From the IMG/VR virus record IMGVR_UViG_3300036791_000093, positions 1 to 54,684 of that record: a stretch of 54,684 nucleotides of DNA; one strand, written 5' to 3'. The notes beneath the pieces were generated by a model. That model was not told the origin of the DNA, ran no database searches, and saw nothing but the letters and a program-made list of their open reading frames with translations. The position numbers and the translations under genes are program-made. This DNA comes from a virus (taxonomy: Duplodnaviria > Caudoviricetes). Below are positions 47,838 through 54,684 of this stretch, one piece after another (positions within the stretch are counted from its first letter, which is position 1; each line of letters starts with the position of its first letter).

Positions 47838-48122
47838 GTGAAAGGCGTGAGCAACCTAGAGTTGCTTGCCTCATTTGGTAACTCTCGCAAGTCAAGTGGA
47901 AACGGACTGTTCCGAATCACTGAGGAAGATGGAACAGTCACCTTCCAACGTGGCGCCGCGAGTAGTTCGCAGATAGGCAAGTTTGAAGGAAAGTCGGGTG
48001 GCATGGTTCGCTCGGCTAAGGGTGCTACCCGTCGTAAGTTGGACGGCCGGCGTTACTACGTTCCCGGTGCAGACTCACCCTACCCGCTAGTCGCGTACAA
48101 AGCGGCTACGGTGGTTAAGTAG
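47838..48122 (+). CDS. Basic hypothetical early protein
   Basis: ACGGGGGA RBS; first ORF of the rightward arm. Confidence 0.6.
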   Translation: MKGVSNLELLASFGNSRKSSGNGLFRITEEDGTVTFQRGAASSSQIGKFEGKSGGMVRSAKGATRRKLDGRRYYVPGADSPYPLVAYKAATVVK

Positions 48123-48343
48123 GAAACGGTAATAGGCCGGATAAAGGGTTACTCAGTACCTTGTGTCGCCAGACACGAACGTGTGTTTTCTGAAAACTCT
48201 GAGTACTCTGGCGGGAACCGCCTCAGAAGTTACTATAACCTACTACTTAACTCTTACTAACCATGTATTCCAGAACGGAATAGTTAGTTGAGTTAATAAT
48301 CTTCTGCGAAAACTATTGAATCCTGCAACGGTTGGATAGAGGG

Positions 48344-48387
48344 CGAACATATGTTCTCTTGACTTTCCCACGGCGCGCTGATAGGAT
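48344..48387 (+). promoter_or_regulatory. SigA promoter with adjacent LexA/SOS-like box
   Basis: CGAAC-ATAT-GTTCT (48344-48357) next to TTGACT-17-TAGGAT. Confidence 0.7.
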
Positions 48388-48554
48388 GGTTTACAACTTC
48401 CGAACTTTTCAGCCAAATCGTGGGTATCCTACAAGTGTGGGGCAGATGGGAGCTGCGTAAGTCACGTGGGGAAGGGTGAGCCTCACGTGACTCACGGAGC
48501 TTGACTCACAAACTCCACTCAACATAAACACAACGCAAGAAAGGAACAAAGCAA

Positions 48555-48941
48555 ATGGGTCTGTCGAATGACAAGATCCTTGCGCTTTACTCCGATCGCC
48601 GCCAGAAGGGTATCTACGGTGCCCGGCTTGGTGAGGCAATCGAGTCCGACGAGGCTGCTTTCAATCCTCGTGAGGCTTGGCCGCTTGACTTCAGTAAGAA
48701 GTCTGCGACGACTCTGTATCAGGGGTTTCGCAACGCGGCTGACAAGCTGGACAAGGGTATCGCGGAGGACATCGATGTCATCCAGCGTGATGGCGAGGTC
48801 TACGTGTGCTTCAAGTCTCGCATCGCTCTCATCCTCAACGAGTCCACCCAGGTGGACGAGGACGAGTCCGACGACAACTCCAACTCCGGTGACGAGCCGG
48901 AGTTGGAGGTCGAGTCCGGCGAGCCTGCTCTGGTCGCCTAG
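48555..48941 (+). CDS. Hypothetical protein, paralog of 1923..2309
   Basis: AAAGGA RBS; shared motifs; acidic tail. Confidence 0.85.
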   Translation: MGLSNDKILALYSDRRQKGIYGARLGEAIESDEAAFNPREAWPLDFSKKSATTLYQGFRNAADKLDKGIAEDIDVIQRDGEVYVCFKSRIALILNESTQVDEDESDDNSNSGDEPELEVESGEPALVA

Positions 48942-48949
48942 CAAGTCAC

Positions 48950-49135
48950 AGCTAGCTACGGTGTCACAACCTAGCTAGCTATTGTACTAAAGTGTGCTGT
49001 CAAGGCAAGTTAGACAGCGGGGAAATCTCACGTCCCGGCAACAGAATAGTGAGTGACAGGTGCCGATAACCTGGATGAAAACGGTGTTGCGTAGGCAACT
49101 AATGACAACCCCGTAACCTACGATGCGGGGTTAAC
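48950..49135 (+). ncRNA. Candidate structured intergenic RNA
   Basis: Hairpins AGCTAGCTA/TAGCTAGCT, GCTGTC/GACAGC, GGGA/TCCC, CGGCA/TGCCG, GTTGC/GCAAC, AACCCCGTA/TGCGGGGTT. Confidence 0.5.
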
Positions 49136-49171
49136 ACAAGTTTGTTAAACCACAACGGGAAAGGAACCAAG

Positions 49172-49711
49172 TTGTCCTCGGTTGAAACCAACGCGCCTGC
49201 TACTGAGCAGGACGAGTTTCTGGCGAGGGTCAAGAAGGAAAGGGTCAAGTACGATACTCTCGTGGCTTGGCACCTTACCGCGCATGTCGATGCCAAGCTG
49301 AGTCTGCCTTGGAGCGGTGACAACACGTACATCAGTTGTTCCGTGAACAAGGTGGATGACACTGGTAACGAGCTTTACGGTGAAGTGGACGAGGCTAAGA
49401 CAGTCGAGTACCTCGCTCGCGTCATCAAGTACGCTCGTCGCAGGAAGTTCAACGTGGAGAAGGACTACTCCGGTGACCAGTTCACCGTGAAAGTCAAGGT
49501 TCCCATGAACGGCTTGCGTGTCGATGCTGACCCGAACCAGTACGGCAACTATGTCATCGTGAACTACTACGCTGACAGGAATGCCGTGTGTACTGCGAAG
49601 GTCGTGGGACAGAAGGTTGTCCCGGCTCACACGACTCCTGAGCGTGTCGAAGATGTCGTGGAGTGGGAGTGTGCTAAGCTCTCATTCCTCGGCGTGGACA
49701 CCGAGGAGTAA
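49172..49711 (+). CDS. Hypothetical protein
   Basis: AACGGGAAAGGA RBS before TTG; strong C/G third-position bias. Confidence 0.8.
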   Translation: MSSVETNAPATEQDEFLARVKKERVKYDTLVAWHLTAHVDAKLSLPWSGDNTYISCSVNKVDDTGNELYGEVDEAKTVEYLARVIKYARRRKFNVEKDYSGDQFTVKVKVPMNGLRVDADPNQYGNYVIVNYYADRNAVCTAKVVGQKVVPAHTTPERVEDVVEWECAKLSFLGVDTEE

Positions 49712-49720
49712 CAAGTTACA

Positions 49721-49822
49721 ACTAGCCCAAGTAGGGCTAGTGAAGTATAGCGGAAACAAAAAATGAGGTGGGGCCAATTGAGCGTCCATCCAAGGTTGCT
49801 GCTATACTTCACTAACCCTACT
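49721..49822 (+). ncRNA. Long intergenic stem with overlapping alternative hairpin
   Basis: AGTAGGGCTAGTGAAGTATAGC / GCTATACTTCACTAACCCTACT. Confidence 0.6.
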
Positions 49823-49841
49823 AGCTAAGGCGGTGATTAAG

Positions 49842-49940
49842 ATGCTCGTTTGCAAGGTGCATGGCAAGATCGCTCTCAAGGAAGTGGTGATCGTCATCAC
49901 CAAGCCGATCATCTGCCCCCTCTGCCTGTGCGGGGTTTGA
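49842..49940 (+). CDS. 32-aa Cys-rich microprotein
   Basis: AAGGCGGTGA RBS; MLVCKVHGKIALKEVVIVITKPIICPLCLCGV. Confidence 0.6.
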   Translation: MLVCKVHGKIALKEVVIVITKPIICPLCLCGV

Positions 49941-49964
49941 TTCAAGAGGGCCGCTCAAGTAACA

Positions 49965-50214
49965 AGCAAACCTTAGCAAGTAGGTTTGCTAGGCCATAGC
50001 GGATGAGAGAAACTAGAGGTAGTCTAGCGGCTAGCGTCTAGTGTAATCCGTGCGCTATAAAGACCGTTTTGGACAGTATAAAACAGAGCGGTTTTAAGTT
50101 GAAGCTAAGTCGCATGGCGCGACTAATGCGGACGGTAGCTCCGTCTTAGACTTAAGACTCAACTGTTGACTGTATCCTATATTCGGCTGCGTAAGCTATG
50201 GCCCAGCAAGCCTA
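49965..50214 (+). ncRNA. Candidate ~230-nt structured ncRNA closed by a 20-bp stem
   Basis: TAGGTTTGCTAGGCCATAGC / GCTATGGCCCAGCAAGCCTA; several internal hairpins; no ORF. Confidence 0.65.
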
Positions 50215-50252
50215 TTAAGGGCTAATCCACTCAGCTAAAGGGGGTGAGTTAA

Positions 50253-50411
50253 TTGACTAGCGGAGATATCGCTAAGTGGCATTTCCAGCGTCTCTGGCAT
50301 GGTCGTAATGACGAGCAAGTGATTGTGTTCGCTAACGGTCACGTCTACGGCAAGTCCGAGCGTCGCAAGTCTGTCAAGCAACTCATCGTCCAAATGAGGC
50401 AAGGAAAGTAG
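50253..50411 (+). CDS. Small hypothetical protein (52 aa)
   Basis: AAAGGGGGTGA RBS; MTSGDIAKWHFQRLWHG... Confidence 0.6.
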   Translation: MTSGDIAKWHFQRLWHGRNDEQVIVFANGHVYGKSERRKSVKQLIVQMRQGK

Positions 50412-50419
50412 GTGACGAC

Positions 50420-50578
50420 ATGGGCGCAGCGGTAAGATACAGGCCGTGTCCTAAGCATCCTAATCACAAAAGATTCGGTAACAGGATTGCTCAGACTCTC
50501 ACGGCGAGCAAGCCTCATCATCCGATCATCAAGCCCAACGCATGGATCTGTCACGGGTGCAGCGGGTACCATAACTAA
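50420..50578 (+). CDS. Small Zn-finger protein (52 aa)
   Basis: AGGTGA RBS; CPKH...WICHGCSGYH. Confidence 0.6.
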   Translation: MGAAVRYRPCPKHPNHKRFGNRIAQTLTASKPHHPIIKPNAWICHGCSGYHN

Positions 50579-50604
50579 CCGACAAGAACGGGAGCGTATA
50601 ACAA

Positions 50605-50946
50605 GTGGCTAATCAGCTAGGTGCTGAGAGGCTTGAAAGGCTCATCAATCAGTGTCGCGAGAAGTGTGAGACACTTGGTCCCGATGAGCTTAACAAGCTC
50701 GATCAGGCCATGGCTGTTGAGTTTGACGAGCACTTCAAGTTTCAGCAGACTCAAGCTGAGGCTCACGTCATGGAGTTGCTCTCAAGTGACGCAGCTAACA
50801 TCGTGTACCAAGCCCTCGGTGAGGTTGGCTCCAGTAGCAATGGTGGCTGGGCCAAGAATACCGACACGGCTACCAAGGTCATCGTGACTCAACTCATGGC
50901 GGAGCTTCTCAAGATGAAGCTCAAGTCACGTGGCGTAGCCGTCTAG
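50605..50946 (+). CDS. Hypothetical protein
   Basis: AACGGGAG motif upstream. Confidence 0.8.
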   Translation: MANQLGAERLERLINQCREKCETLGPDELNKLDQAMAVEFDEHFKFQQTQAEAHVMELLSSDAANIVYQALGEVGSSSNGGWAKNTDTATKVIVTQLMAELLKMKLKSRGVAV

Positions 50947-51027
50947 GCTAGTAACAAGTTGCGGGAAGTGTGACGTGTTGGATAGTAGCGGGTGTCACAC
51001 AAGTTGGTACGGGGTTAAGCCAACACC

Positions 51028-51213
51028 TGTAGTTGAATGAGACACACCCTAGTAACATGCCGAAAGGCAAAGGTAAGGGTTCGATTCCCAAACTAGTGCT
51101 AGGTTGGTAGCTACTGATGCCCTGTTGCATAGCACAAACCACGGGTTGGAGATTGTTGCAACAATCTTCCCAATTGTGGGACAAATGCTCTGGGTGTGTC
51201 TCATTGAACTACA
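51028..51213 (+). ncRNA. Candidate structured ncRNA with tRNA-like T-arm
   Basis: 22-bp closing stem with one mismatch; TGCC-GAAA-GGCA; GGG-TTCGATT-CCC. Confidence 0.65.
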
Positions 51214-51220
51214 AGCCCGA

Positions 51221-51369
51221 GGTTGTTGCGACGGGTGCAACGTGTAAGAGTCTAGTCAACCGCCTATGCACAGTTTGACTGACTGTGAAGCCAGAAGCTT
51301 TAGTTGGCTGGCAAGCCGGAGTCACGTGAAATTACCGGAAGGGTAACCGTTGCACCATTCGGAACAACT
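51221..51369 (+). ncRNA. Candidate structured ncRNA
   Basis: GGTTGTTGCGA..GGTGCAACG / CGTTGCACC..TCGGAACAACT closing stem with internal hairpins. Confidence 0.55.
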
Positions 51370-51388
51370 AAGGGGGTGATATAACCCA

Positions 51389-51715
51389 GTGAAGAACATG
51401 GGAAGCAAGTTCGAGTACAAGTGGTTTGAAACCTGCGTCGAATGGGTCGGAGACAACGAAGATCCAGACGAGTGGGACAATTTCGATGACCAAGAGTGGG
51501 TTCCCGAGGATAGTATTCGTGCCGTCCTCAACGAGCTTGGTAAAGAGCCGTGGGATAGCATCGATGTCCGCACGGATGAAGTGATCTGCTATCCCGCAGA
51601 CAGTCATCAAGACTTCCGAACGGGAGTCCACACGAGTAACCAACTCATCATAAGGGTCAAGTACCCTCGGTGGGTTGATCGGCTCATGTCCTGTCACTAC
51701 AACCACAAGCACTAA
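51389..51715 (+). CDS. Acidic hypothetical protein
   Basis: AAGGGGGTGA RBS. Confidence 0.75.
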   Translation: MKNMGSKFEYKWFETCVEWVGDNEDPDEWDNFDDQEWVPEDSIRAVLNELGKEPWDSIDVRTDEVICYPADSHQDFRTGVHTSNQLIIRVKYPRWVDRLMSCHYNHKH

Positions 51716-51716
51716 C

Positions 51717-51893
51717 GTGAAAGTTTCAGTGTCGTTGGATAACGAGACTGCACAACTTCTGTTGGCTATCAAGGCCGATCAGAAGCGGATGATATCGCAT
51801 ATCGTCCAAGATGCACTAAGACTCTACGCGGATCAGATGGGCTACGAGCTTATCCCCGCAAGAGTGGTCAAACACGACAAAGCAAGTCAGTAG
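51717..51893 (+). CDS. Ribbon-helix-helix DNA-binding protein
   Basis: MKVSVSLD....LL.......R.ISHIVQDALRLY. Confidence 0.75.
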   Translation: MKVSVSLDNETAQLLLAIKADQKRMISHIVQDALRLYADQMGYELIPARVVKHDKASQ

Positions 51894-51924
51894 TAAGTCA
51901 ACAACAAAACGGGAGAACAAGCAC

Positions 51925-52194
51925 ATGGCTGGTGTCGTTCTCTTTCTGCTCGTGTATCTCGGTGGCCTGATCTGGGCTACTGTGATTGCCGTGCAGAAAG
52001 GCAAGGGCACGATGGCTGTTTGTGGGTGGTTGCTTTTCACGCCTCTGATCGTGATTGCGGCTTGCCGTATCGCGAAGCCTAACTCAAGTTGGGCGCGTGA
52101 GAAGTACCAGTACGATCCCATAAAGGCCAACGTGTCTCAGATGCGTTTCCCCAAGGAAGCGTACATGCTCAAGCAGCTCACTGAAACTGCGTAG
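51925..52194 (+). CDS. Small membrane protein
   Basis: Two hydrophobic segments; AAACGGGAG motif upstream. Confidence 0.8.
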   Translation: MAGVVLFLLVYLGGLIWATVIAVQKGKGTMAVCGWLLFTPLIVIAACRIAKPNSSWAREKYQYDPIKANVSQMRFPKEAYMLKQLTETA

Positions 52195-52241
52195 TTGAGC
52201 GGCTAGCCAAGGTTACATACTTGGCTAGCTAACTGAACTAC
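52191..52241 (+). promoter_or_regulatory. Long intergenic hairpin
   Basis: GTAGTT..GGCTAGCCAAG / CTTGGCTAGCT..AACTAC. Confidence 0.7.
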
Positions 52242-52265
52242 CTAGTAACAAGAAAGGCAGGTTGC

Positions 52266-52955
52266 ATGGCTAGTGAACCGCAAGTGAACTACATGCTTAA
52301 CCTAGCCGGCAAGAAGGACTTGACGAAGGTGTCTCCTGTAACCATTGCAAGGCTGAATTCTCTACAGGCTCTCGAATCTCTGAATAACACAGAGGTTAAC
52401 GTGATCCTTGATGAGTTGAAAGCTCAGCCCTGGTTGCCCAAAAAGCCCGCACAGGGTTCGACATCAACGGCAAGTCCTACTCAAACGGCTCCTGCAACTC
52501 AGCCGGTTCAAGAGGATGAGCATGTTCCACTCAACATGAGTGGAAGGTACTTCATCACTGATCCGACTGATGGAGTGGAGAAGTTTGTGATCGTGTCGGT
52601 TAGCGTCCAAGCAAGTGACTTCCTGTATCCGGTGAAAGAGCCGGTTCACAGGAACACGATACTGCAAACCATTGCAAAGAACCCGGTGACTTCCATGAAC
52701 GAGTATGGAATGAAGCTCGGTATCTGTGGTGTCTGTGGTCGCACGCTAACTCGGCGTGACTCAAGGCTCAGGGGTATGGGGCCAATCTGTGCAGCCAGGT
52801 TTGGTAGTGTGGCTACACCGGAGCAAGTTGACATGCTTAGGGAGCTTGGGCTTATCAAGCCTGAATCACACGACAGCCCGTTTTCAGAGCTTGGCCCTCA
52901 TGGTGAGGATCTAAGTTCTGACGAGTACGACGCAAGCGACCTCGAAACTGAGTAA
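52266..52955 (+). CDS. DUF6011-like Zn-finger domain protein
   Basis: YG...G.CGVCGRTLT..DS..RGMGPICA. Confidence 0.8.
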   Translation: MASEPQVNYMLNLAGKKDLTKVSPVTIARLNSLQALESLNNTEVNVILDELKAQPWLPKKPAQGSTSTASPTQTAPATQPVQEDEHVPLNMSGRYFITDPTDGVEKFVIVSVSVQASDFLYPVKEPVHRNTILQTIAKNPVTSMNEYGMKLGICGVCGRTLTRRDSRLRGMGPICAARFGSVATPEQVDMLRELGLIKPESHDSPFSELGPHGEDLSSDEYDASDLETE

Positions 52956-52960
52956 AGGCC

Positions 52961-53440
52961 ATGACTGGCACACTGGATAAGCTCGTGTTCACCATGAGTC
53001 TGGCTAACAAGCTCATGCGTGAACACGGGCTGGACGAAAGGGGTTGGCGTTTCGATATCGATAGCGCGAAGAAGCGACTCGGTAGCTGTAATCACACGGA
53101 TAAAGTGATTACCTACAGCAAGCACTTCCTCGATGAGACAGATGAAATAATCGAGGATACCATCTTGCACGAGATAGCTCACGCGCTTGTTGGTGGTGGT
53201 CATGGTCACGATAACGTGTGGAGACACATGGCTATGACTGTTGGTGCTGATCCAACAAGACTCACCGAAACCATCAGTAAGCCTAAGCCCAACTTTCTCA
53301 TCAAGTGTGAGAATCCAAGCTGTTCACGCAAACCACAGTGGACAAGGCTACGGCTCAAGAAGGACTTTCACGCAAGAGCCATCTGTCCCTACTGCGGTGG
53401 AAGGCTCACGTACTACAAGTATCGCAGGTATGGAGGGTGA
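52961..53440 (+). CDS. SprT-like zinc metalloprotease
   Basis: KRLGSC, TILHEIAH, HGHD.VW, C-terminal CPYC. Confidence 0.9.
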   Translation: MTGTLDKLVFTMSLANKLMREHGLDERGWRFDIDSAKKRLGSCNHTDKVITYSKHFLDETDEIIEDTILHEIAHALVGGGHGHDNVWRHMAMTVGADPTRLTETISKPKPNFLIKCENPSCSRKPQWTRLRLKKDFHARAICPYCGGRLTYYKYRRYGG

Positions 53441-53483
53441 GTCAAGCCTAGAGCTTGAGTCAGAAACCGAGCTTAACTTGCTC

Positions 53484-53545
53484 TTGACAAGTGGCCTGAT
53501 TTGTGCTACAATGATGGTACGAAGGCGTGATCGAACACACGTTCG
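53484..53545 (+). promoter_or_regulatory. SigA promoter followed by a near-consensus LexA/SOS box
   Basis: TTGACA-17-TACAAT with GATTTGTGC spacer; TCGAAC-ACAC-GTTCG at 53531-53545. Confidence 0.8.
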
Positions 53546-53583
53546 CCTGCAACGCCATCTGAACCAGCAAACGGGAGCAATAC

Positions 53584-53808
53584 GTGAAGAAACGACTAAC
53601 CATAGTTGTGGTTAGCATTCTTCTTCTAGTTGCATTGGCTATCTTCCCCGGTTTGGTATTAGGAATCGGGTTAGCTGTGCTTGTCGTTGCAACCGTTCTC
53701 TACGTCGGTTATCTTGGCAAGCAAGATGCCGGGCCGTATGAAAACACCGATTACGTTTGGCTGTACAAGTCAGACGCGGCTGAGAACGAAGATGGAGAGT
53801 GGAACTAA
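53584..53808 (+). CDS. Small 2-TM membrane protein
   Basis: Hydrophobic hairpin, acidic tail; AAACGGGAG upstream. Confidence 0.75.
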   Translation: MKKRLTIVVVSILLLVALAIFPGLVLGIGLAVLVVATVLYVGYLGKQDAGPYENTDYVWLYKSDAAENEDGEWN

Positions 53809-53832
53809 TCAACCAAACGGGAGAAACATCGA

Positions 53833-54039
53833 ATGACACTGATGGTGGTTGTTACCAATCCATGTGTCGTGTGTGGCAAGGCTTCGGAGGTCACGGTGGA
53901 ATCCGCGAACTACGAGGCTTGGCGTCGTGGCATGAAGATCCAGGAAGCATTTGCTTTGCTATCTCCTGATGAGCGTGAGTTGCTTATCTCAGGTACGCAT
54001 CCCAAGTGCTGGGATATCCTGTTTGGTGAGGAAGAGTAG
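53833..54039 (+). CDS. Small Zn-binding phage protein
   Basis: CVVC...IQEAF..LS.DERELLISGTHPKCW. Confidence 0.8.
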   Translation: MTLMVVVTNPCVVCGKASEVTVESANYEAWRRGMKIQEAFALLSPDERELLISGTHPKCWDILFGEEE

Positions 54040-54041
54040 CA

Positions 54042-54272
54042 ATGATTCTCGTCTCTTATTCACTTGACGTGAGTAAGGATGGTTTCGTTCTCATCAAGGT
54101 CACAGGACGTAGCAGGGATATGGTGTACTACAAGGGCAAGACGAGAGTACAGGTTACTCGTGACGTGTTGTTTCTGTTGCGAGTGACTGATGTTCCTGTC
54201 AACAAGGACAGACTCCAAAGCGAACTAGACCAGCTCATCTGGAACAAGGTTCCTAAGCGTGACTGGTACTAA
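54042..54272 (+). CDS. Hypothetical protein
   Basis: Tight packing; RBS present. Confidence 0.65.
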   Translation: MILVSYSLDVSKDGFVLIKVTGRSRDMVYYKGKTRVQVTRDVLFLLRVTDVPVNKDRLQSELDQLIWNKVPKRDWY

Positions 54273-54291
54273 CCAACCACGAAAGGAGAAC

Positions 54292-54474
54292 ATGCTCACA
54301 CATCAAGATTGTGTGAACGAGTTGGAAGCTCAGCTAAGCGATTGGGACGCTGAGAACGGTGACACACCGCTTGTCGAGTTTGTCTTGGACGACGTGGAAA
54401 CCAAGACAGAGCTGGTGCTCACCGATGTCCGGTTCGATGATGGAGTCATCAAGTGCATGATGGCTCGGTTCTGA
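54292..54474 (+). CDS. Small acidic hypothetical protein
   Basis: AAAGGAG RBS before ATG at 54292. Confidence 0.7.
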   Translation: MLTHQDCVNELEAQLSDWDAENGDTPLVEFVLDDVETKTELVLTDVRFDDGVIKCMMARF

Positions 54475-54476
54475 AT

Positions 54477-54529
54477 CGGTAGTAGAACGGAGCACTCACT
54501 AATCAAGTGAGTGCTCTACTGTACTACCG
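54477..54529 (+). promoter_or_regulatory. Long intergenic hairpin
   Basis: CGGTAGTA..GAGCACTCACT / AGTGAGTGCTC..TACTACCG. Confidence 0.7.
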
Positions 54530-54544
54530 GAAAGGAAAAACAAC

Positions 54545-54684
54545 ATGCGCGAAAGGGATATTAACAGAAAGCTTTTCCACGCGGGCCATTATGAGATTAT
54601 AGCGGCTCGCTTTCGTGAGGCTTTCGAGCCTTTCGTGATGGGTAACAATGTCAATGGTGAGAACAGTCGTGAACTTACGGCTCT
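54545..54684 (+). CDS. Hypothetical protein spanning the circular junction (continues to 266)
   Basis: GAAAGGA RBS and ATG at 54545. MRERDINRKLFHAGHYEIIAARFREAFEPFVMGNN is in frame with ORF 78..266. Confidence 0.8.
   Translation, partial: MRERDINRKLFHAGHYEIIAARFREAFEPFVMGNNVNGENSRELTA

Noticed and set aside
49010-49080. HDV-like/theta or hammerhead ribozyme
   Set aside because: CTCACGT resembles an HDV L3 loop, but I could not build the P1/P2/P3 topology, and there is no intact CUGAUGA...GAAA core.
51049-51096. Canonical tRNA gene
   Set aside because: A T-arm is present, but no cloverleaf, anticodon arm or CCA end.
54558-54684. Terminal repeat as a biological DTR
   Set aside because: It is exactly 127 nt (a typical assembler k-mer) and falls inside an ORF, so it indicates circular assembly, not physical ends.
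1-54684. Integrase, CI repressor or ParA partition module
   Set aside because: No tyrosine or serine recombinase, CI-like or ParA motifs were recognised in any ORF; a divergent one could have been missed by eye.

Overview
Apparently complete, circularly assembled genome (~54,557 bp; 127-nt terminal overlap 1..127 = 54558..54684) of a tailed dsDNA phage with a Mu-like head module and a contractile tail. No integrase, CI-type repressor, reverse transcriptase, CRISPR array or canonical tRNA was recognised. The + strand carries early and replication genes from ~47.8 kb across the junction to 19 kb: many small ORFs, SNF2 helicase, HNHs, Cas4/AddB-like exonuclease, AAA protein, SSB, primase-helicase, dNMP kinase, UDG-like/PolA fusion, MazG-like and HD proteins, RuvC-like resolvase and a secreted Rpf. 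The - strand (19-46 kb) carries packaging, head, tail and lysis genes. An actinobacterial host is inferred from the Rpf, CGAAC-N4-GTTCG SOS boxes, a GGGGGAA tail-chaperone frameshift and a leaderless terS. Most striking observations: (1) a ~1.49 kb block (46208-47694) almost devoid of AA on the + strand (TT on the - strand), encoding a 358-aa Phe-free protein and bounded by palindromes and 8-mer repeats; (2) a promoter-driven hairpin RNA (2613-2703) whose loop is complementary to an unusual AAACGGGAG ribosome-binding motif found before about nine phage genes; (3) a series of intergenic structured RNAs closed by long stems, one with a tRNA-like T-arm; (4) LexA-type boxes at promoters of a phage with no visible lysogeny genes. 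All calls were made by eye, without database searches.
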